Positions 48,813 through 58,470 of a DNA stretch of 64,000 bases are shown here, piece after piece. The stretch lies in assembly GCA_038204935.1 (NCBI GenBank), contig JBBRCI010000002.1:24888-88887 (forward strand), given 5' to 3'. The number at the start of each line of letters is the position of its first letter. The first letter of the stretch is position 1. Origin of the DNA: Sphingobacteriales bacterium (GTDB lineage Bacteria; Bacteroidota; Bacteroidia; Sphingobacteriales; Sphingobacteriaceae). Below the pieces are notes generated by a model that worked only from the letters and a program-made list of their open reading frames with translations, was not told the DNA's origin and did not search any database. The translations under genes and the position numbers were made by a program.

Positions 48813-50489
48813 ATGAACAGTCAATTAAAAAATATTCTAATTCTGGGATTAGGTATTGGCGCAAGTAGTTTAAACTCTTGTACAACTAATACATCTCAAC
48901 AAACAATTACTGCAGGGACTGATACAACAGACTCGATGCAAAACTATGTTTCCAAACGCCTTCCTATTTATGAAAAGGTAAAACTGACTGCAGATATGCA
49001 ATCGCTCACCGAGAACGAGCGTAAAATGATCCCCTTGCTAATTCAGGCAGCTCAGGTGATGGATGAACTTTTCTGGAAGCAAGCTTATCCTCAAAAGGAT
49101 AGTTTAATGAATGCCGTAAAAGATGAAAAAACAAAGGAATTTATAACTATTAATTATGGTCCATGGGACCGGTTAAATGGAGATAAACCATTTGTAGAAG
49201 GTGTTGGTCCGAAACCGGAAGGTGCGGGTTTTTATCCTCTCGGGATGACCAAAGAGGAGCTAGAGAAATCTGATGTAAAAGATAAAAAAGGCCAGTATTC
49301 TGTAATCCGCAGAAATGCATCGGGTAAATTGGAGTCAATTCCTTATCATGTAGAATATAAAGCTGAACTTGAAAAAGCTTCCGAGTTTTTAAAACAAGCG
49401 GCAGAATTAGCAGACGATCCGGGATTGAAAAAATATTTAAACCTACGTGCCGAAGCTCTTACTACCAGTAACTATACAGCCAGTGATTATGCCTGGATGG
49501 ACATGAAAAACAATGGTATTGATATCATTATTGGCCCAATAGAAAATTATGAAGACAAGCTTTTCAGTGCACGATCGTCTTTTGAATCTTACGTTTTAGT
49601 AAAAGACAGAGAATGGAGCAAACGCCTGGCTAAATACGTGACTATGCTTCCTGAATTGCAAAAAGGACTTCCAGTTGATGCAAAATATAAAGCCGAAAAA
49701 CCGGGAACAGATTCAGATTTAAATGCCTATGATATTGTTTATTATGGCGGAGATTGCAATGCGGGATCCAAAACAATTGCCGTTAACCTTCCAAATGATG
49801 AGGAAATTCAGCAGAAAAAAGGAACACGTCGTTCTCAGCTAAAAAATGCAATGCGTGCAAAATTTGATAAAATCCTGGTACCAATTGCTAATGAATTAAT
49901 AGATAAAGATCAGCAGCAATATATAAAGTTCGATGCTTTCTTTTCAAATGTTATGTTTCATGAGGTTGCTCACGGTTTAGGGATTAAATCTACTGTGAAC
50001 GGAAAAGGATATGTGCGTGCTGCTTTGGCCGAGCAAAACTCATGGCTGGAAGAAGCAAAAGCAGATATTTTAGGATTATATATGGTTACAAGTTTGCTTA
50101 AAAAGGGCGAATTAACCGGAGATATAAAAGACTATTATACCACTTTTATGGCTGGTATATTACGTTCTGTTCGCTTTGGAGCTGCAAGTGCTCACGGAAA
50201 AGCAAACATGCAGGCATTTAATTTCTTTAAGGAAAAAGGAGCGTTTAAGCGTTCTGAAAACGGAACTTATAAAGTTGATTTCGAAAAGTTTGCTGTCGCG
50301 ATGAATGATTTAAGTAAAGTAATTTTAACTCTTCAGGGAAATGGAGATAAGGCAGCTGTTGAAAAAGCGCAGAATGAGTATGCCATTATTCCCGCTCAAT
50401 TAAAATCTGATCTTGATCGCCTGGCGCAAAAAGGAATTCCTGTTGATGTTGTTTTTGAACAGGGTGTAAATGTTTTAGGATTTAAATAA
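48813..50489 (+). CDS. Peptidase M49 (dipeptidyl peptidase III-like) zinc hydrolase lipoprotein
   Basis: Lipobox LNSC, GPIENYED, AVNLPND, MFHEVAHGLG and EEAKAD. ATG 48813. Confidence 0.85.
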   Translation: MNSQLKNILILGLGIGASSLNSCTTNTSQQTITAGTDTTDSMQNYVSKRLPIYEKVKLTADMQSLTENERKMIPLLIQAAQVMDELFWKQAYPQKDSLMNAVKDEKTKEFITINYGPWDRLNGDKPFVEGVGPKPEGAGFYPLGMTKEELEKSDVKDKKGQYSVIRRNASGKLESIPYHVEYKAELEKASEFLKQAAELADDPGLKKYLNLRAEALTTSNYTASDYAWMDMKNNGIDIIIGPIENYEDKLFSARSSFESYVLVKDREWSKRLAKYVTMLPELQKGLPVDAKYKAEKPGTDSDLNAYDIVYYGGDCNAGSKTIAVNLPNDEEIQQKKGTRRSQLKNAMRAKFDKILVPIANELIDKDQQQYIKFDAFFSNVMFHEVAHGLGIKSTVNGKGYVRAALAEQNSWLEEAKADILGLYMVTSLLKKGELTGDIKDYYTTFMAGILRSVRFGAASAHGKANMQAFNFFKEKGAFKRSENGTYKVDFEKFAVAMNDLSKVILTLQGNGDKAAVEKAQNEYAIIPAQLKSDLDRLAQKGIPVDVVFEQGVNVLGFK

Positions 50490-50509
50490 TTGTATTTTTT
50501 AAATTGAAT

Positions 50510-50542
50510 GCCTTCTCATTTAATTTATGAGAAGGCTTTTTT
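50510..50542. terminator. Rho-independent terminator
   Basis: GCCTTCTCAT-N7-ATGAGAAGGC followed by TTTTTT. Confidence 0.8.
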
Positions 50543-50567
50543 GTGAAACAGAGATTTGAAATATAGA

Positions 50568-51689
50568 TTAATTGTCCTCTCTATTGTCTTTTTTGCTTAG
50601 AACTCTTTTTTTTCGAAGACTGGGAAAACTCATGGGACTTTTATCCGGAAGATCGTCACCTAAAAGAACGCCCCATTGTTTAAACATTTCTGTTCTGTCA
50701 AAAATTATTTTCAAAACAGCAATTATTGGTAGTGCTAGAAACATACCCGAAATTCCAGCCAGTGAACCGCCAATAAAAACTCCAATGATAGCACTTAAAG
50801 CATTTATTTTAACCTGAGAACCCACTATTCGTGGCATCAGAATATTATTATCTAAAAACTGAACAAGTGCAATTGTTCCCAAAACCGTTACTATAGGCCA
50901 AAGTTCTTGTGAAGTAGACAAGGTTAGCATTACCCCGATCAGGTTTCCAAATAGTGCACCAATGTATGGGATCAGGTTTAATAGTGCAAAAATTACTCCT
51001 ATCAGCAAAGCATGTTTAATACCTATCAGCATTAGAATCCCGCCAAGGAGTACGGTGATATAAGTTATTTGAATCAATAAACCAACCAGATAATGTTTGA
51101 TCATGATTTCAGTTTCCCCTAAACTTTCTTCAACTCCTTTATGTGTGCCGGGTTCAAACCACATAAAAATAAACCGGAGCAATAGATTTTTATAGTAGAG
51201 CATTAAATAAATGTAAATGGGAAGCAAACCAAAAAATATAAAAATGCCGGTTAATGAACCAAGCGCACCCGATAATATATTTCCGGTAGAGCTCAACAAC
51301 TTATTGCTCTGCTGGTTCAAAAGTTTTACCTGCTCTGCAGTGGAATAATCAAATCGATTGTTGATCCAGGAACTTAGTGAAGTTAAATGTGCATTTATAT
51401 TTTTTTTTATTTGGGGGAAATCATGAACTAAAACACTTATTTGGGATGAAAAAAACCAGACAAGTCCTGCAACAACCAATAATAAAAGTAAAATTGGTAA
51501 TAGAATAGAAAGAGATTCAGGGAATTTTTTTCGTTTAAAGAATCGATATATCGGCAATAACATGATACTGATAAAAAAAGCCAGTAAAATAGGCATAATG
51601 ATATTGTTGCCAATTACAAATAATGCTCCGACTAAAAACAATCCTAATAATTCTATAGAACGTTTAACCGTGATAGGTAATTCTTTCAT
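50568..51689 (-). CDS. AI-2E family transporter
   Basis: PILLAFFIS, LNLIPYIG, FLDNNILMPRIVG, VKINALS and GMFLALP. Confidence 0.9.
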   Translation of the reverse strand: MKELPITVKRSIELLGLFLVGALFVIGNNIIMPILLAFFISIMLLPIYRFFKRKKFPESLSILLPILLLLLVVAGLVWFFSSQISVLVHDFPQIKKNINAHLTSLSSWINNRFDYSTAEQVKLLNQQSNKLLSSTGNILSGALGSLTGIFIFFGLLPIYIYLMLYYKNLLLRFIFMWFEPGTHKGVEESLGETEIMIKHYLVGLLIQITYITVLLGGILMLIGIKHALLIGVIFALLNLIPYIGALFGNLIGVMLTLSTSQELWPIVTVLGTIALVQFLDNNILMPRIVGSQVKINALSAIIGVFIGGSLAGISGMFLALPIIAVLKIIFDRTEMFKQWGVLLGDDLPDKSPMSFPSLRKKRVLSKKDNREDN

Positions 51690-51737
51690 CCATTTAATTT
51701 GCTGATATTTTATTAAGTATAAAACAGATAATGTGTT

Positions 51738-52529
51738 TTAAATTTTAATTAAAACTTTAGATTTAATTTTTTGATGCATATTTAATTCTTCAATTTGTTT
51801 AAAATATTTTGAAGGAAGAATCAGATACCTTAAAAATTTATCGAGAGATAAAAATTTGCTGAATTTATATACCAAAAGTATGAATTTAAGCCAGGAGTGA
51901 TTTCCATAATTCAGTTTGTGTTTGACCCCGTCTGGTAGTACCAAAATTTGAGATTCCAGTAAAATTTTGTAGCGAATAAAACCCAGATGTTTTTTGTATT
52001 GCTTAAACAGATCTATCGTAAATTCGCTTTTTTGAAGATCATTTTCCAGGTGAGAATCTCTCATTTCAATCCATGAATTAAAATTTTGAGGTAATCCGAT
52101 TAAATTCATTCCCTGACCAACTTTTAAAAATACTTCAAAAACCTCTTGTTTTTCGCTGTAGGTTAATGTTCTTGCCAGCAATTCAAAGGATCTGATGGAG
52201 TAATCAATTAGCATAAAAAGTACATCGCGATAAGCCCAATCCGGAATTTTAGAATCCCGGCTTTTTTCTAAGGCCTGATGAATGGCTGTAATTTTATCAA
52301 TGGCCGCGGTTGCATCTTTTTTGTTAGAAAATACAATTAACCTGGCGTATTCTACAGTTGAGAATAATCTGCCCAATGGATCGGCAGGAAGTTTACCGGT
52401 GTAATAAAGCCAGTCAACTGCTTTGTTTAAAGCAAATTCGGCAGAAGCACCTGCAAAAATAAAGAGAATTACATCTGCATTTCCCCAAATTTCCCGCACA
52501 ACTGAATCTTTTCTGACAAAGAGTTCCAT
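51738..52529 (-). CDS. MpaB/DUF2236 oxygenase-like protein
   Basis: VVREIWG, AAEFALNKAVDWL, DPLGRLFSTV, IHQALE and YRDVLFML. Confidence 0.7.
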   Translation of the reverse strand: MELFVRKDSVVREIWGNADVILFIFAGASAEFALNKAVDWLYYTGKLPADPLGRLFSTVEYARLIVFSNKKDATAAIDKITAIHQALEKSRDSKIPDWAYRDVLFMLIDYSIRSFELLARTLTYSEKQEVFEVFLKVGQGMNLIGLPQNFNSWIEMRDSHLENDLQKSEFTIDLFKQYKKHLGFIRYKILLESQILVLPDGVKHKLNYGNHSWLKFILLVYKFSKFLSLDKFLRYLILPSKYFKQIEELNMHQKIKSKVLIKI

Positions 52530-52636
52530 ATTGTTTAACGTACGAAAATTTGTTTGTTAATTATGAAAGAATTTTAATTGTTCAAAAGCTTAACACAGTA
52601 AGGTATTTCTATAATTTTGCGTTTAAATTTAAACGA

Positions 52637-53200
52637 ATGTCTGAATACAAACTTTTTATGATTCTAATTGGCTGTACGCCTGAAGGGCGCAATACAGAGC
52701 AGCATGATATGTTTTTTAGTATCGCCAAAAACATGACTGAATTACTTCCACAAATTGAGGCTTTCTGGCCGGAAGCAAAAGGCGAAATGCATGTAGATGC
52801 CTGGCGTGAAGTAAACAGGGTTGGTAATCTTAAGGTGAATGTAATCCCCAAAACCGAATCCTCTGCAGATAAAAATGCGAATCTATATTTTATCAACTTG
52901 GGTGGATACAAGAAAGACGAATTCGATGAATTTCATTATAAAATGATTATTGCTGCCGGTAATAAGGCTGATGCAATTAAACAGGCAAAAGAAACTGCTT
53001 TTTATAAACATGTTACTTTTGAAGGTGCAAAATCTCATATTGACGATAAATTTGGGGTTGATGTTGATGACATTCATCAAATAGGAGATATTTTGCCCAA
53101 AGAGGTTAAATCTAAATTCAGGCTTTCTTTAGAAGAAACAACAGAAGTTCTAGAAGATGAAATTCATTTAGGTTATTTTAAACTAAACAGCTTCAGATAA
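52637..53200 (+). CDS. DUF1543-like protein
   Basis: GRNTEQHD, HVDAW, FINLGGY, EFHYK and HIDDK. ATG 52637 follows a TAATTTTG -7 box. Confidence 0.75.
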   Translation: MSEYKLFMILIGCTPEGRNTEQHDMFFSIAKNMTELLPQIEAFWPEAKGEMHVDAWREVNRVGNLKVNVIPKTESSADKNANLYFINLGGYKKDEFDEFHYKMIIAAGNKADAIKQAKETAFYKHVTFEGAKSHIDDKFGVDVDDIHQIGDILPKEVKSKFRLSLEETTEVLEDEIHLGYFKLNSFR

Positions 53201-53275
53201 TTTATTAAGTAATTTTTTTTAATCTTTAAATGTAAATAAATTTGTTTTTCGATTACCGACTAATCATTTTTTGTA

Positions 53276-53291
53276 TTGGCAGGATATATGC
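53276..53291 (+). promoter_or_regulatory. Putative sigma-54 (-24/-12) promoter
   Basis: TTGGCAGGATATATGC (GG-N10-GC), 28 nt before the lipoprotein ATG. Confidence 0.6.
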
Positions 53292-53319
53292 GATACCAAT
53301 TTAAATAACTCTATTAATT

Positions 53320-53796
53320 ATGAAAAGATTAGTTTATTCAATAGCTGTATTATTTGCAGCAATGACTGTAATAACAGCATGTTCGAGTACAAAAATGGCT
53401 ACTACAGATTCTTTCAGCCGCGGAAAAATTTCCGGTAACTGGATGCTTAATAGTATTACTTATGATGGAATTGTAGAAAATGCAGTACAAACTGTATTTG
53501 ATCAGGGTCCCGTTTCTGATTTTCAGGGTAGCACATGGAGATTAACCAATAGCGGAAAAGGAACTTACTCACTAACTAACGGAGCAGTTCAACCAATTTT
53601 TTGGTCTTATAATGAAAACGGTGGAACACCGACTTTCCAATTTAAAAAATTGAATGATGGTGATAAAGCTAAAAATGTAGATGTAGGTTATAAATTAGTC
53701 GTAGCATCTGCAGACGGAGCAAATTTAACTTTAAAAGCTCCTATTAACTATGATGGCAGAACAGGCTATGTAGTTTATAACTTCGCGAAACAATAA
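53320..53796 (+). CDS. Lipocalin-like lipoprotein, hypothetical
   Basis: Lipobox ITAC-SS, ISGNW first strand, beta-rich. Confidence 0.72.
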   Translation: MKRLVYSIAVLFAAMTVITACSSTKMATTDSFSRGKISGNWMLNSITYDGIVENAVQTVFDQGPVSDFQGSTWRLTNSGKGTYSLTNGAVQPIFWSYNENGGTPTFQFKKLNDGDKAKNVDVGYKLVVASADGANLTLKAPINYDGRTGYVVYNFAKQ

Positions 53797-53820
53797 AATT
53801 TAATCAAATTTTATGTCATC

Positions 53821-53850
53821 AAAAGAGCCCGGAATTTTCCGGGCTCTTTT
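53821..53850. terminator. Bidirectional rho-independent terminator
   Basis: Perfect AAAAGAGCCCGGAA-TT-TTCCGGGCTCTTTT palindrome between convergent genes. Confidence 0.88.
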
Positions 53851-53871
53851 GGTTTAAGTTTGCCTTAATAT

Positions 53872-54477
53872 TTAAAATAATAAATTGCTGCTTATTTCTT
53901 TGTTCACCGTAATATAACCCGGATATGGAACCAATTTACTTCCAACTTCAAGCATGGGTTTAATTTTTAAAGTAACAATACCTTTTTTCTCTGGTCCGCC
54001 AATAGCTTTACTGCCCTTCACAAAATCAATCAGATCTTTCATCGTTTTTCCATTAGAAAGAATCTGGTAAATATTACCTTTCACATTTACCGGGACCTGA
54101 GTAGTTTCTCCAGGTTCAACAGTTACTTTCTGGTCTACTGTTCCATTGGCTAGCTCTTGGTCTTTTAGAAGCACTATATATTCAAACTGATTAATAGATG
54201 CAGTATTATTTCCGGGGTTTTTGATCTGTAAATTAATTTTTGCCTTAAACGGGATATCTTGGCGCATATAAGCTATGGCCAGTTCGGGCATATTGTTGAT
54301 GTCAATAGTTCGATTGGCTAGTAATTTATTTACATCTTTTCCGGCCACGAAAACACTATCTGCAGAAACGATTTCATACGTGCAATTTTGTAGTGCACTA
54401 ACCTGCTTTGCCTGGTTATTAATATTGCATGACGACAGAATTACTGCGGCACAAATTAGCGAGAGAATTTTATTCAT
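53872..54477 (-). CDS. LEA type 2 (WHy-like) lipoprotein
   Basis: Lipobox LSSC, LQIKNPG, ASINQFEY and VEPGETTQVPV. Confidence 0.7.
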   Translation of the reverse strand: MNKILSLICAAVILSSCNINNQAKQVSALQNCTYEIVSADSVFVAGKDVNKLLANRTIDINNMPELAIAYMRQDIPFKAKINLQIKNPGNNTASINQFEYIVLLKDQELANGTVDQKVTVEPGETTQVPVNVKGNIYQILSNGKTMKDLIDFVKGSKAIGGPEKKGIVTLKIKPMLEVGSKLVPYPGYITVNKEISSNLLF

Positions 54478-54598
54478 AAGGTATTAAACGTGATATTTTT
54501 AGTGATGTTTCCCGAAGGTTTAAAGATTACCATGCAATGTTTATCGTAACCATTGTGCAAAAAAAAACCCGCATATTCTGCAGGCATAGATAAACATA

Positions 54599-55069
54599 TT
54601 AGTGAAGCTGAACTCGTTCATGTTTGGAACTTTTATCAATTAGTTTAGCAACGGCAGCCGCAATTAATCCGCCAACCAAATAATATCCAACCGTCATAAT
54701 TTGGGTTTTATGAGTTTTATTGGTGGGTTTAGATTTTAATCCCAATTGTTTCGGGGCAATTACAGAACCAAATCCTCCTGTAATTCCTAAAATTAAACCT
54801 TTAGAAAGTGCCTTTTTAACGCCCCCTTTTCCGCCGGCCATACTAAAAAACATAGCGTTGCTTAGCAAATCCCCAACCAGTGAATACTTATACAAAGCTT
54901 TCTTGTCAGGAACTTTCTGATCTGTTTTTTCTAATCCGGTAGCTAACGCATCCATAGCCAAATGGTCCATTCTCGGAGCATCCGGATCATATTGTTTTAT
55001 TATTTCATGAAGCAGAGTTACCGCAATTGCACCTGCTAAACCACCTGCTAATGAGGATAAAACTTTCAT
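54599..55069 (-). CDS. Gly/Ala-rich hypothetical membrane protein
   Basis: LAGGLAGAIAVTLLHE, APRMD, GDLLSN, APKQLGL and YYLVGGL; three or four hydrophobic helices. Confidence 0.7.
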   Translation of the reverse strand: MKVLSSLAGGLAGAIAVTLLHEIIKQYDPDAPRMDHLAMDALATGLEKTDQKVPDKKALYKYSLVGDLLSNAMFFSMAGGKGGVKKALSKGLILGITGGFGSVIAPKQLGLKSKPTNKTHKTQIMTVGYYLVGGLIAAAVAKLIDKSSKHERVQLH

Positions 55070-55186
55070 AAGTAATTTTTATTTTTGAGTGAACAATTCA
55101 GCTGCATTTACAATGCAAGCGCTTTTTAGATTGATAATAAGAAATATCTCTTATTTGTTTGAATCAAAATCAAAGAAAAATACTTC

Positions 55187-56515
55187 TTAATTTTTGTTAC
55201 TTATAATGCTTTCGGGGAAAATTAAAGTAAATCTGGTAGAAACTCCGGGCTCAGAAAATGCAGAAATCTCTATCTGATGATAATCTGCTATACTTTTAAC
55301 TATTGATAAGCCAAGACCATAACCAGAAGTTTCTCCGCCGCCAACTTTTCTGAAGCGATTAAATATAGCATCGATATCTTCTTTGGCAATTCCAATTCCC
55401 GTATCCTCAACAATTAACTGATAGGGATTTCCTCTTTCTTCCCGAATGAAAATTCGGCCATTATCTTTATTATACTTTATAGCATTATTTACAAGATTGT
55501 AAATGAGTTGAAAAATTAAATCCCGGTTAATGTTTTTCCAATTTGTTGCAGCATCAATATCAATGTTAAATGTAATATTTCGCTCCTCCATTCGATGCGA
55601 TATTTCCCCTTCAACAGAATTAAAAAGATCTTTTACGTTGTAAGTTTCCGATCGTGCAAACTGAGCGTTCTCAATTCTTGAAATCAGCAAAAGCGAACGA
55701 ACAATTTTCTTTAATCTGTTTAAAGTTCGCTGCATGTCAATCAACCTTTCCTGCAACAATTCATCTAATTGAGAATCGTCCATTAAATTCTCAATCTTAT
55801 TTTGCAATATGCTAATAGGCGTCATTAATTCATGTGATGCATTTGCGGTAAATTCTCTTTCTTTTTCAAAGGCATCATGAATTTGATCCATCAATAAAAT
55901 CAATGAATTATCAAGATATTTAAAATCAGAAGTGGACGTTTTAACGGGTGGAATGTTATCCCGAAAAGGAAATTTTCGGTTTAATAATTTACTCTTAATA
56001 ATTTTACCCAGAGGCTGTAAAAGAAATCGGGTAAACACCAGATCCGTAATTAATGTTAAAATAATTAGCGTTATTAATACGTAAGATGCAATGCGTTGCA
56101 GAGGTTTATTATACTGACTAATTGTTGCGGTGCTTTTGCCTATTTCGAGTAAATATTGCTGATTATTGGTTTTAAAAGAATGCATTAACAATCTGTATTT
56201 TAAAGTATCAGCTTCAATTATACGCTGTGAATTTTCTATAGTATCAATCAGAAAATTTTCATCTATTGCCTCAAGGGCGATGTATTCCTCTTTCAAAAGG
56301 GTATAACTTCCGTAAGATTCCGCTCCTTGCAAATAATAATCAATCCCGTTTTTTTTAATTACTTCAAGTACTTTTTGCTTTTGTTGTATGAGATAATTAT
56401 TAGTGTATTCTGAAGCGATTTGTTCAACCAGAAAAGGCAAACTCAAAACAAATAATAAAACAATTATCAATTTTGAGGAAGTAATGAAAAGAGTGAGTTT
56501 GGTTAATAATTTCAC
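55187..56515 (-). CDS. Sensor histidine kinase (periplasmic sensor, HisKA, HATPase)
   Basis: Two TM helices, FTANASHELMTP (H box), NLVNNAIKY, DTGIGI and GYGLGLSIV. Confidence 0.93.
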   Translation of the reverse strand: MKLLTKLTLFITSSKLIIVLLFVLSLPFLVEQIASEYTNNYLIQQKQKVLEVIKKNGIDYYLQGAESYGSYTLLKEEYIALEAIDENFLIDTIENSQRIIEADTLKYRLLMHSFKTNNQQYLLEIGKSTATISQYNKPLQRIASYVLITLIILTLITDLVFTRFLLQPLGKIIKSKLLNRKFPFRDNIPPVKTSTSDFKYLDNSLILLMDQIHDAFEKEREFTANASHELMTPISILQNKIENLMDDSQLDELLQERLIDMQRTLNRLKKIVRSLLLISRIENAQFARSETYNVKDLFNSVEGEISHRMEERNITFNIDIDAATNWKNINRDLIFQLIYNLVNNAIKYNKDNGRIFIREERGNPYQLIVEDTGIGIAKEDIDAIFNRFRKVGGGETSGYGLGLSIVKSIADYHQIEISAFSEPGVSTRFTLIFPESIISNKN

Positions 56516-57192
56516 GATTGTTTTTTGACCTTATAACCAACACCGCGTACTGTTTCAAGCCAATCTACTGTTGCAAATTTTCCTAATTTTTTGCGGATGT
56601 TTTTAATATGCACATCAATGTAATTTGAGTCGCAATCATCATCAGAAAAGCTTCCCCAAATATGTTCACTTAATTGCATTCTGGATAAAACACGATTTTT
56701 ATGCAGCAGCATGTAACTTAAAAGATCAAATTCTTTTCGTGTTAACTCTACTTCATTATTTGCATTAGAAACTGTTCGTTTTTGCAGGTCAATTTCAAAT
56801 TCTCCTATTGGGATACTTTCGTTTTTTATGCCAAATTTACGTCGTGCAATTGCATGCATTCTCGAGTGTAATTCCGGAAGTGAAAATGGTTTAGGAAGAT
56901 AATCATCGGCACCTAAATCAAGACCTTTTATACGATCTTCAATATTTCCTCTGGCAGTTAGAATTACATATGCAGCATCCGGATTTAGCTTCTTTGCTTT
57001 TTCAAGTAAAATCAAGCCATCTGTATCGGGTAAACCCAAATCCAAAAGAATAAAATCGTAAAGATTCAAGTCAAGCATTTCTAATGCTTTTTTACCGTTG
57101 TGAGCTAAATCGCAAAGGTAAAAAGCTTTTTTAAGAAAGGCTTCCACTTCAAATGCCAGTGTTTTTTCGTCTTCAATAATCAGTACTTTCAA
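56512..57192 (-). CDS. OmpR-family response regulator
   Basis: LIIEDE, LLDLGLPD, GADDYLPKPF, LTRKEFDLL and ETVRGVGY. TTG start; stop overlaps the HK start. Confidence 0.95.
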   Translation of the reverse strand: MKVLIIEDEKTLAFEVEAFLKKAFYLCDLAHNGKKALEMLDLNLYDFILLDLGLPDTDGLILLEKAKKLNPDAAYVILTARGNIEDRIKGLDLGADDYLPKPFSLPELHSRMHAIARRKFGIKNESIPIGEFEIDLQKRTVSNANNEVELTRKEFDLLSYMLLHKNRVLSRMQLSEHIWGSFSDDDCDSNYIDVHIKNIRKKLGKFATVDWLETVRGVGYKVKKQS

Positions 57193-57201
57193 AACATTGT
57201 T

Positions 57202-58032
57202 TTAAAACATGTAATAAAAACTCAAGTTAAAAATAGAAACCGGTTTATTGCTTGCTTCTACTACATTTTTGTTGGCTAAACTAGCTTGGTAACTAGCTTC
57301 AATAGTATAATTGGAACGATTATATGCAAGAGGTAAAGTAAATGTATATGCCAGCACATCAAAACTGGTAGATACTACAGTTGTAGTAGTTGGCTCAGGC
57401 TGCTGACCCGGAAATAACGGATCTAACAATTTTTTCCTTTTCTTTTGTTCTGTAGTATAAGTTTCATAAAAATGTTGTGTTCCGGCAGAAACCGTAATTC
57501 CGGGCTCAATTGATATAAAATCTTTTTCTTTATTAATACTGCCAATGCTGATCAATTTTGAATTTGTAAAGGATAAAAATGCATCGCTTTGCGTACCAAA
57601 TGCATAATTACCACTTAAATTACTCTTAAATATATGATCAAATGTTAAATCTGCATTCAGATTATTTTCATTTGCAGTTTGTAAAAGCGGTGAATTTGCC
57701 TGGAAGAAAGATCTGGAATAACTCATACTTCCATCCAAATTTTTAGCCAGATTAAATCCATAACCTGCAGAAAGATCTACCGATGCTATACCATCTGAAC
57801 TATTCAACAATTTTAAAGCGCTTGCAGAAATATAAAAACCGCTTTTAAGTTTATAAGCTCCGTATGATAAAACATAAGGCAATTTCTCTGCGGTTGTTTG
57901 TCCGTAATAATTAACTGTGTTTCCATAAATGGCAGCTAATGTTAAAGATGCTTTAGCGCTTGAATCTTGTTGGGCAAAAACAGACGTAGAAAGTCCGCAA
58001 CATATAAGTAGTGTTGTGTAAAGTTGTTTCAT
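57202..58032 (-). CDS. Probable outer-membrane beta-barrel protein, hypothetical
   Basis: Signal peptide, alternating amphipathic strands rich in Y/F/S, C-terminal FNLSFYYMF BAM-type signal. Confidence 0.7.
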   Translation of the reverse strand: MKQLYTTLLICCGLSTSVFAQQDSSAKASLTLAAIYGNTVNYYGQTTAEKLPYVLSYGAYKLKSGFYISASALKLLNSSDGIASVDLSAGYGFNLAKNLDGSMSYSRSFFQANSPLLQTANENNLNADLTFDHIFKSNLSGNYAFGTQSDAFLSFTNSKLISIGSINKEKDFISIEPGITVSAGTQHFYETYTTEQKKRKKLLDPLFPGQQPEPTTTTVVSTSFDVLAYTFTLPLAYNRSNYTIEASYQASLANKNVVEASNKPVSIFNLSFYYMF

Positions 58033-58054
58033 ACGGGTTATACTGAAATTCGGT

Positions 58055-58393
58055 TTAGAGGGTTTTGCGAATTAAACCTATCGGACGTTTAATTATTGGT
58101 TTAATTTTTACTGGGGTTTTAATTTTAATCTTTGCACCTACGGCAACTGGTTTAACCTGACGACGGGATTTTGGAACTTCTTTTATTTCCGGTTTTTTGG
58201 GATCTTCTTTTTTGTCTTCTCTTTTTTTCTCTACATCCTTTGGCTTTTTCTGAGTAGAATCTATCGGAGTAAAAGTGGTTAAAGAAGCATATTTTTTTAG
58301 TTCAATTTTGGAATTTTTAGCTGATGCCAGAAAAGGCAAAAGTAAACTCCAAAAGGAAATAAATAAGATGCGGAAAATTGTGTTGTTGTTCAT
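58055..58393 (-). CDS. Small secreted Lys/Pro-rich protein
   Basis: Signal peptide ending ASA, low-complexity K/E region and a repeated PVKIKPII-type tail. Confidence 0.6.
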   Translation of the reverse strand: MNNNTIFRILFISFWSLLLPFLASAKNSKIELKKYASLTTFTPIDSTQKKPKDVEKKREDKKEDPKKPEIKEVPKSRRQVKPVAVGAKIKIKTPVKIKPIIKRPIGLIRKTL

Positions 58394-58412
58394 TATCAAT
58401 GCAAATTAAAGA

Positions 58413-58440
58413 AAGTTTGCCTCCTTACAGAGGCAAACTT
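58413..58440 (-). terminator. Rho-independent terminator after the 58471-59079 gene
   Basis: 11-bp stem AAGTTTGCCTC / GAGGCAAACTT with a 6-nt loop, followed by TCTTT on the minus strand. Confidence 0.75.
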
Positions 58441-58470
58441 CTAAAAAAAAACTATATATATGGAAGCCGA

